DNA of 64,000 bases, taken from IMG/VR virus record IMGVR_UViG_3300028026_000005, positions 22,962-86,961 of that record; one strand, 5' to 3'. Each line of letters begins with the position of its first letter. Position 1 is the stretch's first letter. The translations under genes and the position numbers were made by a program. Positions 1 through 8,940 of the stretch are shown here, one piece after another. This stretch comes from a virus. Below the pieces are notes generated by a model that was given only the letters and a program-made list of their open reading frames with translations, searched no databases and was not told where the DNA came from.

Positions 1-58
1 TAACCAATTTGATAACGTAGTTCAATGGGCACATCTACTTAATGAATCTGCCGAAGAC

Positions 59-271
59 TTGTCAATGACTGCCGCTGAACTGAGGCGAGATTTTTGCGTT
101 GATTTACCTGTTAATCCTAAAGTTGACGAGATTAACCCCCTCTCTGAACATGTCGAAGGACATGTCGAAGGACATGTCGAAATCGAACCCCACTCTATTG
201 ACCCCCCTTTAGGCAAGGGCAACGATAAACGTAAGCCAGGTGATTACGGAGTTAGCTGTAGCGGCGTCTAG
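59..271 (+). CDS. Hypothetical protein, possibly the 3' part of a gene starting before the window
   Basis: ORF track; its stop is followed by GGAGG and the next gene; contains HVEG x3. Confidence 0.4.
   Translation: MSMTAAELRRDFCVDLPVNPKVDEINPLSEHVEGHVEGHVEIEPHSIDPPLGKGNDKRKPGDYGVSCSGV
148..182 (+). repeat. 12-nt tandem repeat ACATGTCGAAGG x~3 (HVEG)
   Basis: Seen directly: acatgtcgaagg acatgtcgaagg acatgtcgaaa. Confidence 0.9.
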
Positions 272-276
272 GAGGC

Positions 277-831
277 TTGATGTTTATTTTTACAAACAAA
301 CATTCTAACGAAAGGGAAGCCTTAATGGCTTCCCATAAGATTTTAGTAAAACAGAACCACGTCGATATAATTGATGTCTATCTTGTAATTTTCAGTACAT
401 TTGCAAGGGACCCAGAAGAAATCAAGTGCATATACCATATTTTTGAAGAACTCAAGAACAGCTCGGTATTGCGGAGTACTATTTCAATGATCTCTGAAAC
501 CGGAATGTGCACTGAAGATATTGACGTATTGCTCAACTTTGAGATTAGCGAGGCGCTGGCAACTCAACTTTATGCTTGGCCAGAAAAGCGTGTAAAACAG
601 GTAATAGGTGAGATGAGAAAAGGTTCTAAGATAAACAACAAACTCATTGACGATATCCACATGTTGCTAAAATCTTTGCTTGTATTCGATCGAGTAATAA
701 AAACCTTACATAGAACCTACATCTCCGCTAAGTCAGCCTTGATGAATATCGATAAAGTCAAAAATCTCCCTAAGAGCATCTCAGAAAGTCAGAACACCCT
801 CGGAGAAGTTTGTGAAATGCTAAAAGGATGA
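277..831 (+). CDS. Hypothetical protein (helical)
   Basis: 184-aa ORF, GGAGG upstream, tightly packed with neighbours; no recognisable motif. Confidence 0.6.
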   Translation: MMFIFTNKHSNEREALMASHKILVKQNHVDIIDVYLVIFSTFARDPEEIKCIYHIFEELKNSSVLRSTISMISETGMCTEDIDVLLNFEISEALATQLYAWPEKRVKQVIGEMRKGSKINNKLIDDIHMLLKSLLVFDRVIKTLHRTYISAKSALMNIDKVKNLPKSISESQNTLGEVCEMLKG

Positions 832-847
832 AGGCCGCTGGTGAAAT

Positions 848-1150
848 ATGAATAATTTGCTTCCGAGAGTATTACGTTGTGCAGAGGGTTTCTTTTGGCT
901 ATTCACGCTCTTCCTAGCAATGATAGTCATTGTCTTATGTGTAAATGAATATAGGGAAAAAAAAGAACAAGTAGCAACGTTACGCGCCCAGCCACCTGAG
1001 ATCTCAGAAGAGATTGCCAAAACTAAAAAGAGAAAGATACTACGACTGCACTGGAAGATGGTTGGCATTTGGATCCTTGTTGCGTACTGCATAGCGGCGA
1101 TACCGCTTTCTTTCTGGCGAATTTCTCTGCTTTTTTTAGAAGCGAAATAA
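848..1150 (+). CDS. Small membrane protein (two hydrophobic segments)
   Basis: Hydrophobic stretches FFWLFTLFLAMIVIVLCV and MVGIWILVAYCIAAIPLSFW separated by a charged linker. Confidence 0.6.
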   Translation: MNNLLPRVLRCAEGFFWLFTLFLAMIVIVLCVNEYREKKEQVATLRAQPPEISEEIAKTKKRKILRLHWKMVGIWILVAYCIAAIPLSFWRISLLFLEAK

Positions 1151-1186
1151 CTGCAATGATAATTGTGCTGCCTCCTTAGTGGGGGC

Positions 1187-1214
1187 AGCCTCTTACTGAG
1201 AGGCTTTTTTTTTT
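1187..1214 (+). terminator. Rho-independent terminator
   Basis: AGCCTCT-tactg-AGAGGCT stem-loop followed by a long T run. Confidence 0.8.
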
Positions 1215-1278
1215 ACCTATTTCGGGTATACTTTGATATGACATTCTCAACAATAAATCAATAAGCAAGGAGAATAGT

Positions 1279-2196
1279 TTGGGCGAGAATCATGAGCAGG
1301 ACAACCCTTCTGACAATGGACAAACCTTACCGTTTAATGGTGGGCAATTTGGGTTGGGAGGCTTAGGCCTCAATTCTTTAGGTGAGGGCAGCATATTTTC
1401 TCTCCTCTCGATGCTTCCAAGAATGTTTTCCAATAAGTCTCGCGAAGAAATTTTGTACATGCTATATAACATAGCAGCCATAGAACCTAAGACGCCGATA
1501 GATAGTGAGCTTGAACCCCCTACATGGGAACCTAGGCCAGCTCAGCAAGATCAAGGCACGCAAGAAGAAAATATCAAGGAAGCAGTTGGGCCAGCAGCAG
1601 CATTTTCTGGTATTCCCAACCTAATCGAAATAATACAAGTGTTATGCTATTTCATAGTTAGTCATGACAACCAACTTGTTAACTATAAAAAGTCTGGACA
1701 ACTAGCTCAGCGTTCATGGGAGAGGTTGCAAGAGATTGGGGACCCAAGGGGAGATATCAATAATCTAAACGAAGCTGTTGGTGAATTAATGTCTGCCCAT
1801 AGAGAGACTCAGCGAGCCGTTGCTGCAGCGACCGGATCATATAGGGATATTATAGAAAATGGGGCTCCTCCTCCTCCTCAGTTTAACGAGCTACCTCAAG
1901 AAGACTTGAAGCCTGAGGATATTGCAGCTAACCAACAAGAGGAAGAGCTGACGCAAGCAGAGTCAAACTCTAAGAAACCTGAGCCTGAGCCTGAGCCTGT
2001 TAAAGAGGACGAAATTGTCAAAGAACGGATAGAGCGCAAACAAATTGAAGTTCAAAAGGAGGAAGAGGAAAAGGAAGAGGAGGAAGAAAAAAGGGACGAA
2101 GAACTTGAAAGACAGTGGGCGAATAGGTTCCCTTATCTGCCTCGCTGGGTGGTTAATACTAAAAGGAAAAAGGTTCCGAAGGAGAACAACATTTGA
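1279..2196 (+). CDS. Hypothetical protein with acidic/Pro-rich low-complexity C-terminus
   Basis: 305-aa ORF, AAGGAG before the TTG start; PEPEPEP and poly-E/K segments. Confidence 0.7.
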   Translation: MGENHEQDNPSDNGQTLPFNGGQFGLGGLGLNSLGEGSIFSLLSMLPRMFSNKSREEILYMLYNIAAIEPKTPIDSELEPPTWEPRPAQQDQGTQEENIKEAVGPAAAFSGIPNLIEIIQVLCYFIVSHDNQLVNYKKSGQLAQRSWERLQEIGDPRGDINNLNEAVGELMSAHRETQRAVAAATGSYRDIIENGAPPPPQFNELPQEDLKPEDIAANQQEEELTQAESNSKKPEPEPEPVKEDEIVKERIERKQIEVQKEEEEKEEEEEKRDEELERQWANRFPYLPRWVVNTKRKKVPKENNI

Positions 2197-2483
2197 ATCG
2201 AGCAGGTTTAGCGAAATGGGTAATAGATAGATTGAGCGAATTAGTCTTAATTGATAAAATAAAAAAGGAAGAAGTGTTTGAGATTGTGCAATCCACAGCA
2301 AATGTAGAGGCTCTTCAATGCAAACTAGTTGGGAACAAGATAATCATACTGCCTGGAACCTCAACATGGAGATCTTTTAGCGCTAAGTTTCCAGGTTATG
2401 GAACTTACACTGTAATAACAAAGGGAAAGCGGATCAAAATTCTTGGCGACGAAAGTACGTTAGTGGAGCTTGGCAATGTCTAA
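2193..2483 (+). CDS. Hypothetical protein
   Basis: 96-aa ORF overlapping the stop of the upstream gene and the start of the ligase (coupled arrangement). Confidence 0.6.
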   Translation: MNRAGLAKWVIDRLSELVLIDKIKKEEVFEIVQSTANVEALQCKLVGNKIIILPGTSTWRSFSAKFPGYGTYTVITKGKRIKILGDESTLVELGNV

Positions 2484-3906
2484 GTCTAAGTATCCAAAGC
2501 CTTTCAACGCTGACAAGAAAGCGATTGATCTACCTGTTCTGGCTCGTCCTGAAAAATGGCGATTTGTTATACAAGAGCATGTTGCCGACAAAGCTGGTAG
2601 GCACTATGACGTGCGTGTAATAGACCCAAAGGGGAAGATTGCTTACTCTTGGGCTGCACGCAGACTGCCTGCTAATGGGCAAATAACTGGAGCGTTTAGG
2701 CAACCAGACCACTCAGTGGCCTCGGCTGAGTTTGAAGGTAGCATCCCTGAAGGGTACGGTAAGGGTGAAGTGAGAAAGATTATGGATGCTGATGCAGATA
2801 TATTGTATTCTGGCCCACAAAAGATGCGCTTAGCTATCCATAAGGGCAAGAGAACAGATGAGCTTATTTTCATTAAGGGTAAAGACAGGGACGTCGCAGA
2901 TAGCTGGATGTTACGGAACATTACACCTACGAGGAGCAAGCTCAACATACCTGCTGATAAACCTGCCTATAAATCAATAACGGAAGAGGAAGCGAATAAG
3001 CTTATAGCGGCTGATAATTGGTTAGCTATGCCAAAACTTGACGGAGCTGCAGTGTACATACGATTGCGACCAGGAAAGCAGATGCAAGTTTTTTCTTACC
3101 GTCCACCGAAAGGGAATCCTGATGAATTAATTCAACACACTTATAGAATTCCACAGATAGTAGGTCAGCCTATAGACAAGCTACCCAAGGGAAAGAAAGA
3201 AATAATCTTAAGGGGTGAGTTGTATGCTCTCGGAGAGGACGGGAAAGCGTTACCTTCGGAAAAGATAAGTGGTATCCTTAACTCTGGGGTAGTGCGAAGT
3301 CGAGAACTTCAAAAGAAACAGAAAGTAAGAATGAGGCTTGCGGTTTTTGATGTTGAGTCGGTTGACGGTGTTAATTTGAGAACGACGCCTTACTCGCAGA
3401 AGCTTGACTTATTAAGAGAGACTAGCATAACCGTTCCTCATTTGGACGTTCCAGTATTCGCAATATCCCCAGAGCATAAGAGCGAGCTTTACGATCAAAT
3501 AAGGGCGGACAAGTTTCCAGACACAAGCGAAGGTCTCGTATTTTGGAAGCTTGACGAGCCTGCTGCCCCACGTAAGATGAAGTTTCGCGAGCAGTACACA
3601 GGGTATATCAAAGGAATATTTCCATCAACAAAGCAAGGAGAAGCAGGAGGCTTACAGGTCTCATGGAAAGAACACTCAGAGCCAGTTGTTCGAATTGGTA
3701 CAGGATTTTCTCGGCGGCAAAGACAGGATATGCTTGCAAGACCGGATCAGTATCTAGGCCGGAAGATTTCCTTTACTGGACAAGGTGTTTACGAAAACAA
3801 AGACAACCCTAACTTGTCAACTGTAAGGTCTCCATCGTTTCAGCATATCCACATGGATGAATCGGACCTTGTTGATGTGAATACAGAGAAGAGGAATAAT
3901 GATTAA
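2476..3906 (+). CDS. ATP-dependent DNA ligase with N-terminal LigD-type 3'-phosphoesterase domain
   Basis: N-term FVIQEH..RHYDVR..SWA..DH..FEGSIPEGYGKGEV (LigD PE signature); ligase motifs PKLDG (I), LRGELY (III), VFDV (IIIa), EGLVF (IV), RKMK (V); OB-fold RIGTGFS and RSPSF; GGAG precedes ATG 2476 (track start 2470). Confidence 0.9.
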   Translation: MSKSKYPKPFNADKKAIDLPVLARPEKWRFVIQEHVADKAGRHYDVRVIDPKGKIAYSWAARRLPANGQITGAFRQPDHSVASAEFEGSIPEGYGKGEVRKIMDADADILYSGPQKMRLAIHKGKRTDELIFIKGKDRDVADSWMLRNITPTRSKLNIPADKPAYKSITEEEANKLIAADNWLAMPKLDGAAVYIRLRPGKQMQVFSYRPPKGNPDELIQHTYRIPQIVGQPIDKLPKGKKEIILRGELYALGEDGKALPSEKISGILNSGVVRSRELQKKQKVRMRLAVFDVESVDGVNLRTTPYSQKLDLLRETSITVPHLDVPVFAISPEHKSELYDQIRADKFPDTSEGLVFWKLDEPAAPRKMKFREQYTGYIKGIFPSTKQGEAGGLQVSWKEHSEPVVRIGTGFSRRQRQDMLARPDQYLGRKISFTGQGVYENKDNPNLSTVRSPSFQHIHMDESDLVDVNTEKRNND

Positions 3907-4084
3907 ATACTTTAATTCTGAAAGCTTTTCAGGGCAAAATATCATTTGTTCTAATTGTGGGAATATAATTGGGGAAGATGGAGACTCAGCAAGACAGCTT
4001 TGCAAGGCTTGCAGAGAAAGACTAAAAGAGGCAGAAGATGAGCAACAGCGTAATATACACTCGAAAGATAAGCCCGAGAATTAG
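3899..4084 (+). CDS. Small zinc-finger protein
   Basis: CSNC...CKAC pairs in a 61-aa ORF overlapping the ligase stop. Confidence 0.55.
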   Translation: MIKYFNSESFSGQNIICSNCGNIIGEDGDSARQLCKACRERLKEAEDEQQRNIHSKDKPEN

Positions 4085-4865
4085 CGATGACCCATTCCGG
4101 GAAGGGGTAAAAATATTAACTTGGGCAAAGGGTTGCACGGAAGAGTGTTCTTTTTGTCGGTCTGGTGCAGGTGAAGGTCTGATCTTGTCAGATAAGCCAA
4201 ATGATATTGACTTAGTTGTTCGTAAATTCCTCAGACAGGAAACAAAACCAGTTGTTCTTGATGCTACTGTAAATATTGATGGATTTCTTGAGCCGGTTGC
4301 TGCGGAGTTGGTGAGGGTCATAACAGCTTTTGCTGACAAAAATAAAAACTTAAAAGAGCATAAACTCTTAATTTCAACTAGACAAGCTAAAGTACCCAAC
4401 CTCTTTGCAGCAACCTGCCCTGAAATGAATAATATTATCTTCAGAGTTTATCTTACCGCTTGGGATTTATATGCCATGTATGAAACAGGCTGTCCATCCC
4501 CATTTGAGCGTATTCAGATGCTGCAGTCTCAGCCATTCCAATCATTGCTTGCAAGAGGAGCTAAGGTTGAAATAGTGTTTGGACCTGTTGCCACTGGCAG
4601 ATTCATGTTCATGCGTACGACTATCGATAGCTTAGCTAAAGCCAACATTGTACGTTTTGTACGGATTCAACCTATTGAAATCGATCCGCAGTACGAAATA
4701 ACAGCTCAACAAGCTTTTGTATGCGGACATTATAAATTAACTAAGGACTCATCGACTCGAAAGATGGTACTGAGGAAAAACGCAAGAGACGAATTAATTG
4801 ACAAGGTGACCCAGTACGTTGAGCAGAAAGGGTTTCAAGTTATTTCCGATTCGCTTGAGCACTAG
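4038..4865 (+). CDS. Radical SAM protein, spore-photoproduct-lyase-like
   Basis: GCTEECSFC = CxxxCxxC; later ETGCPSPFERIQML..RGAKVEIVFGPV resembles the EPGAPxPxERL..GIPVGVxIAPI segment of SPL-like radical SAM proteins. Confidence 0.6.
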   Translation: MSNSVIYTRKISPRISDDPFREGVKILTWAKGCTEECSFCRSGAGEGLILSDKPNDIDLVVRKFLRQETKPVVLDATVNIDGFLEPVAAELVRVITAFADKNKNLKEHKLLISTRQAKVPNLFAATCPEMNNIIFRVYLTAWDLYAMYETGCPSPFERIQMLQSQPFQSLLARGAKVEIVFGPVATGRFMFMRTTIDSLAKANIVRFVRIQPIEIDPQYEITAQQAFVCGHYKLTKDSSTRKMVLRKNARDELIDKVTQYVEQKGFQVISDSLEH

Positions 4866-4881
4866 AGCAACCTTCTTCCTT

Positions 4882-4924
4882 CCCCCTCCTAAGCCATAAA
4901 GGCCTCTTGGAGGGGGTTTCTTTT
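4882..4924 (+). terminator. Probable intrinsic terminator
   Basis: CCCCCTCC (4882-4889) pairs with GGAGGGGG (4909-4916), followed by TTTCTTTT. Confidence 0.65.
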
Positions 4925-5387
4925 GTCTTTTTTGCAGGTAAGCTTATATGTGATAGATATTAATGTGATTCGCATAGACAAGGTAACCGAAGAAGTTAGT
5001 CTTGGGTTTGGGTCTCAACCCAGAACGTGCATTGGAAACCGAAAGGTAGTGCAACAGTTTGTGATGGGAATGTTGACCGATAAAGGCAGCGACTTTATGA
5101 GACCAGGTTTTGGTGGCGGGCTATCTACTATGCGAATAAACACTTACTCAGCCGGAGAAGAGGGATTGCAGATTTTTACAGCTGATATTGTGGATAGGAT
5201 GCGCTCTGTGAGGGATGAAATCATTGCAAGTCAACCAAAGGCAACAAAGTTGTTAGCAAGCGAAACCCTACTGAGGGCTGAACTTAAGAAGATTAATTTG
5301 TTGAGCGGGGAGCCTAAAATAGCAATTCACATAGACGTAATAACAGGCGATAACTCTCGCAAAAGAATACATTTAGAGCGGAGCTGA
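4923..5387 (+). CDS. Baseplate gp25/gpW-like protein
   Basis: GNRKVVQQFVMGMLTDKGSDFMRPGFGGGL resembles the gp25-family LLT..GS...P..G motif; lies directly before a baseplate J-like gene; true start probably slightly downstream. Confidence 0.7.
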   Translation: MSFLQVSLYVIDINVIRIDKVTEEVSLGFGSQPRTCIGNRKVVQQFVMGMLTDKGSDFMRPGFGGGLSTMRINTYSAGEEGLQIFTADIVDRMRSVRDEIIASQPKATKLLASETLLRAELKKINLLSGEPKIAIHIDVITGDNSRKRIHLERS

Positions 5388-6571
5388 TGGCTAGTTACTG
5401 GGATCGATTTAAGGATAGTGTACTAGAGGGGTTTAGGGATGGGGTTGATGCCATTGCTGAAATCTTAGTAGAATACAGCCCAGAGCTTGACGTTAGACAG
5501 GGGACAGCTCTTCATGAGTTGATGATTAAGCCTATAGGGGTAACTAACGCTACTATCCTTCAGAACCTTGAAACGCTCATCGATCGGCTTTCGTTGGTTA
5601 ATTACGAGACTATGGCTGAAGCCGACATGGACAGGATCGTTTCAACTATTTTTATTTACAGACGCGAGGGAAGTAAAGCTAGAGGTGTTGTTCGCATATA
5701 TTTTGAAGAGCCTTTATCCGTAACGGTGTCTACTGGAGTGGTAGCGGTTGATGACTTAGGCCAAAGATTTGTTGCTGCAAATTCATATAGCTACCCAATC
5801 TCTGAGGTAATGAACAAGAGAGATGGAATGCTCTATTATGTGGATATTGTCGTTGAGGCTGAGGAAGAGGGTGAATCGTACAATATTGATGCGCATAAGA
5901 TTATCTCGTTAGAAGGTCTGAATGTCCCTTGGGTTAAGGTCGACAATCTCTATGCCATTTCATCAGGTCTTAACAGGGAGACTAACCAGGAACTGTTCAC
6001 ACGATCTCGTGATGGATTAACTTCTCGAACTTTAGCTCACAAGAGAGGTATTCGTCAATTCCTTTTCGAGAAATTTGATGCAATTAAGGATGTTGTTGTT
6101 ATTGGGTACGGTGATCCTGAGATGCAGAGAGACATAGCAAGGCAGGTAATTTTAGATTCCCGTGATCCAGAAGAAGAAGCGAACTTTTTTGCTAAGATAC
6201 AAGGGACTGACAACCCTAACCCGCATTACTTATATAAGGCAACCTTAGAAGAAGGGGATTTACCTCTACCGACGATAATAACGCTGCCACAAAACGAAGT
6301 TTCTCAAGATGACTACAATATTATTGGGCAAAAGAATTTAAGCCATATCACTTACGAGACAAATATTATCTTCCAAGACGATTTTGGTCGATTAGACGAT
6401 AATGCCGTTGGCAACGACTGGGTTAGCGGAGAAAATGACTTAAGCTGGGGTAAAGAATTGATGGGCCGTGAATGTCGCGTAGAGAACAAGCGGCTGATAT
6501 TGGGTATAACAACCGTTACTGACGAGGAAGAGCAATACTTAAACAAATGGAGCGCTAACCTTGACTCATAG
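5387..6571 (+). CDS. Baseplate wedge (J/gp6-like) protein, N-terminal part
   Basis: DVRQGTALHELMIKP, IYRREGSKARGVVRIYF, VEAEEEGESYNI, SGLNRETNQELFTR..LTSR are typical baseplate J motifs; ends in the start of a lectin-like fold. Confidence 0.8.
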   Translation: MASYWDRFKDSVLEGFRDGVDAIAEILVEYSPELDVRQGTALHELMIKPIGVTNATILQNLETLIDRLSLVNYETMAEADMDRIVSTIFIYRREGSKARGVVRIYFEEPLSVTVSTGVVAVDDLGQRFVAANSYSYPISEVMNKRDGMLYYVDIVVEAEEEGESYNIDAHKIISLEGLNVPWVKVDNLYAISSGLNRETNQELFTRSRDGLTSRTLAHKRGIRQFLFEKFDAIKDVVVIGYGDPEMQRDIARQVILDSRDPEEEANFFAKIQGTDNPNPHYLYKATLEEGDLPLPTIITLPQNEVSQDDYNIIGQKNLSHITYETNIIFQDDFGRLDDNAVGNDWVSGENDLSWGKELMGRECRVENKRLILGITTVTDEEEQYLNKWSANLDS

Positions 6572-7811
6572 TTTAGGCCACTCAGTGGCTTTATTGGGCG
6601 GGAGATTCCCGGTTGACCACGCAACGACAGTATTGAGGTCAGTGAGAGCCAATGAATTTGGATCTTCGATTGGCGACGTGCTTTCAGAAAGGTTGAAAGA
6701 GCTCTTCAGAGAAGAGAAGGAAGAGAAGGATAAAAAACTCGAGAGAAAGAAAGTATCTCAAGCAGAGAAAAGGAGTACCATGGACGTATCGAAAGAGGCT
6801 AAGAGACTGTTCAAAGGAGCGGTAGAGATGGCTGGTGAAACAGGCCCCTTCGGCTCTCAACCAGCGCCGCCGGTAGCTGGACAACAACAGCAGCAACAAC
6901 AGCAACAGGTGGATCCAGCGAAGCAGCAGTTGTTGACAGATATCCAGGCTGTCCAAGGCATCGTACAGAACAGGATGAATGCTGCGGCAATTATACAGGA
7001 AGGTATAGCCCAAGTCCAAGGGGAAGAGTTAGCCAAGTATTTGCAAGAGAAATTTGCAGTGCCTGTTGAAACAAAGGAAGAGCTATCCTCATTAAGCACC
7101 TTAGAAGGAGCTATGGCATGGGCACAGAACAAGATATACGAATTTGGTGGGACAACCCCTATGGGCGGTAACATGATGTATATAGCTCAAGCACTTAACT
7201 TGAGCAGTTCTCCTCACGAGATAACCATAGGGCTAGGGGGTATTAGCGGTATTGAGATGGCTGGAACACCACCAGAACAAGACGCTAAGCAAGCAAGCTA
7301 TACATTAACCCCTCCTGAACAAGCTGTGCGCACCAAAAGGATTTTGGCAACTAAGGTAGCCAGCTTATTTAAGGGTGGAGGGACTTTGCCTCCAGGTGGA
7401 GTCTACAATTCGATAGGGGAAGTTGCAAGGCAGCAGAATATTGCTAAGCTAGGGCCTGCAGGGGCGCAGATGACGCTAAACGATTTAACTAAAAAGAAAA
7501 ACAAGGCTGTGCACCAACTTGCGGCAGGACCTCCTCCTATGCCAACAGCTGTTCCTTTCAAGGTGGCTGGTTTGTATAAGGGGGCTTCTTCCGACAGTGA
7601 TAAAATTACTCGCAGCGAATTACTCGCTTTAGCAAGTGCGGCAAGGCGAGAGAATGGCGGGGTTGCCAATTTTGGCAAAATTAAGACCGTTGAGGATAAA
7701 CAAAAGAACTTGGAAAAAGCCTATGGGGCTTTAGGGGAATCTATTCTCAGTGGGAAAGACCCTGCCACCATAGTTCAGAATTTAAGTCGCGCAACTGGCG
7801 ACAGGCAATAA
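6561..7811 (+). CDS. Putative internal-head/virion protein with K-x-A motifs; strong start at ATG 6780
   Basis: AAGGAG-tacc-ATG at 6770-6782; SKEAK, KQASY, KVASL, KVAGL motifs; poly-Q tract. Confidence 0.7.
   Translation: MTHSLGHSVALLGGRFPVDHATTVLRSVRANEFGSSIGDVLSERLKELFREEKEEKDKKLERKKVSQAEKRSTMDVSKEAKRLFKGAVEMAGETGPFGSQPAPPVAGQQQQQQQQQVDPAKQQLLTDIQAVQGIVQNRMNAAAIIQEGIAQVQGEELAKYLQEKFAVPVETKEELSSLSTLEGAMAWAQNKIYEFGGTTPMGGNMMYIAQALNLSSSPHEITIGLGGISGIEMAGTPPEQDAKQASYTLTPPEQAVRTKRILATKVASLFKGGGTLPPGGVYNSIGEVARQQNIAKLGPAGAQMTLNDLTKKKNKAVHQLAAGPPPMPTAVPFKVAGLYKGASSDSDKITRSELLALASAARRENGGVANFGKIKTVEDKQKNLEKAYGALGESILSGKDPATIVQNLSRATGDRQ
6576..6590 (+). repeat. GCCAC-N3-GTGGC palindrome copy (GGCCACTCAGTGGCT)
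   Basis: Seen directly, starting 5 nt after the baseplate stop codon. Confidence 0.85.
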
Positions 7812-7831
7812 CAACCAACTAAGGAGCGACA

Positions 7832-8224
7832 ATGAGTCCGCAAAACCATAACAATCCAGTAGTGGAAGGTAAAGACTTAGAGTTTATAACTAAAATCGCC
7901 GTCTACTTTGCATATCAAGGCAGTAGGTTGGCCGACCATGTGTTTCGTCTTGAAAAGAATGCGGCTGCCATAGACGGCGTATCAGGGTTTATGGCTGGAC
8001 ATACTGACCAGACAACTCAACAGGAGAAGAATATCAACGGCCAGGCGATGCCAAAGGTGGACAGTTCCGGTGCTGTTGCTTCATCTCCAACTCAGAAAGG
8101 TGGAATGATTCAGGGTGGAAACATCCCTGGCATTGGAGGCATAAACGCAGGGACACCTACCCCTAAGAATGAAACCAGTAAAATAGCATCAGCCTTGCAA
8201 ACCCTTGCTTCAATTATGCGCTAA
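7832..8224 (+). CDS. Putative internal-head protein (K-x-A family)
   Basis: AAGGAG RBS; TKIAVYFAYQGSRLADHVFRLEKNAAA module shared with the next ORF. Confidence 0.7.
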   Translation: MSPQNHNNPVVEGKDLEFITKIAVYFAYQGSRLADHVFRLEKNAAAIDGVSGFMAGHTDQTTQQEKNINGQAMPKVDSSGAVASSPTQKGGMIQGGNIPGIGGINAGTPTPKNETSKIASALQTLASIMR

Positions 8225-8235
8225 AGCTTAGCGAT

Positions 8236-8928
8236 ATGAATGACCGAACGACACTTTGCTCAGCATCCGACCTGTTAAATCAAAAAGATTTGACGGTTAG
8301 CGGAGCTATTAAATTTGCAGGTGCTTCAAGCGCGATTAAAGCCGTTGGCACAGTTGCAAAGAAGGTGTTTGGCAAAGGTGGAAAGATACAAGCATTTATT
8401 GCTAAAGGAGGATTAAAGACCTTAGGTAGAGGAGCCGCGAGGACTGCAGGTGATGTTGCGGTTTGGTCGGCAGCTGATGCATTAATTGGCAAAGCCGGAG
8501 ATGCGTTAGCTAAAGCCAAGGAAGAAAAGGATTCTCCTGGCAAGAAGAAACGAGAAAAAAAGAACGGGCAGCAGCCCACAAAAAAACAAGCCCAAAATCA
8601 GGGTTTAGGTAAACAAGGAGCAGAAATGAGTCTCTTTACAGCTTTAGTAGAAACCCAGAAGACTGCAGCTGCAGATGAAAACATTCAAAAAATAGCCGGA
8701 GCGCAAGAGAACCAGCAAGATGACTGGATGAACAATGTTGCAAAAGTGGCAATGTATTTTGCTCACCAAGGAAGGACTCTCGCTGATAAAGTATTTAGGA
8801 TTGAGAAATTAGCGGCCTCTGGCGTAGAGGTGCAGCAACAAGCTGAAGAACAACAGGCGACTATTGGCCCACTAACCCAAGCTGCGTTCGTAGTTGAGAC
8901 TGCTGCCGGCAACCTTCCGGTAGAATAG
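8236..8928 (+). CDS. Putative internal-head protein (K-x-A family) with internal start at 8626
   Basis: IKFAG, KTAAA, KIAGA, KVAMY, KLAAS; AAGGAG-cagaa-ATG at 8615-8628 in frame. Confidence 0.7.
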   Translation: MNDRTTLCSASDLLNQKDLTVSGAIKFAGASSAIKAVGTVAKKVFGKGGKIQAFIAKGGLKTLGRGAARTAGDVAVWSAADALIGKAGDALAKAKEEKDSPGKKKREKKNGQQPTKKQAQNQGLGKQGAEMSLFTALVETQKTAAADENIQKIAGAQENQQDDWMNNVAKVAMYFAHQGRTLADKVFRIEKLAASGVEVQQQAEEQQATIGPLTQAAFVVETAAGNLPVE

Positions 8929-8940
8929 TAACCTGTTGCA

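Noticed and set aside
2476-3906. Calling the gene ligD and a complete NHEJ system
   Set aside because: No primase-polymerase domain in the ORF and no Ku gene in the window.
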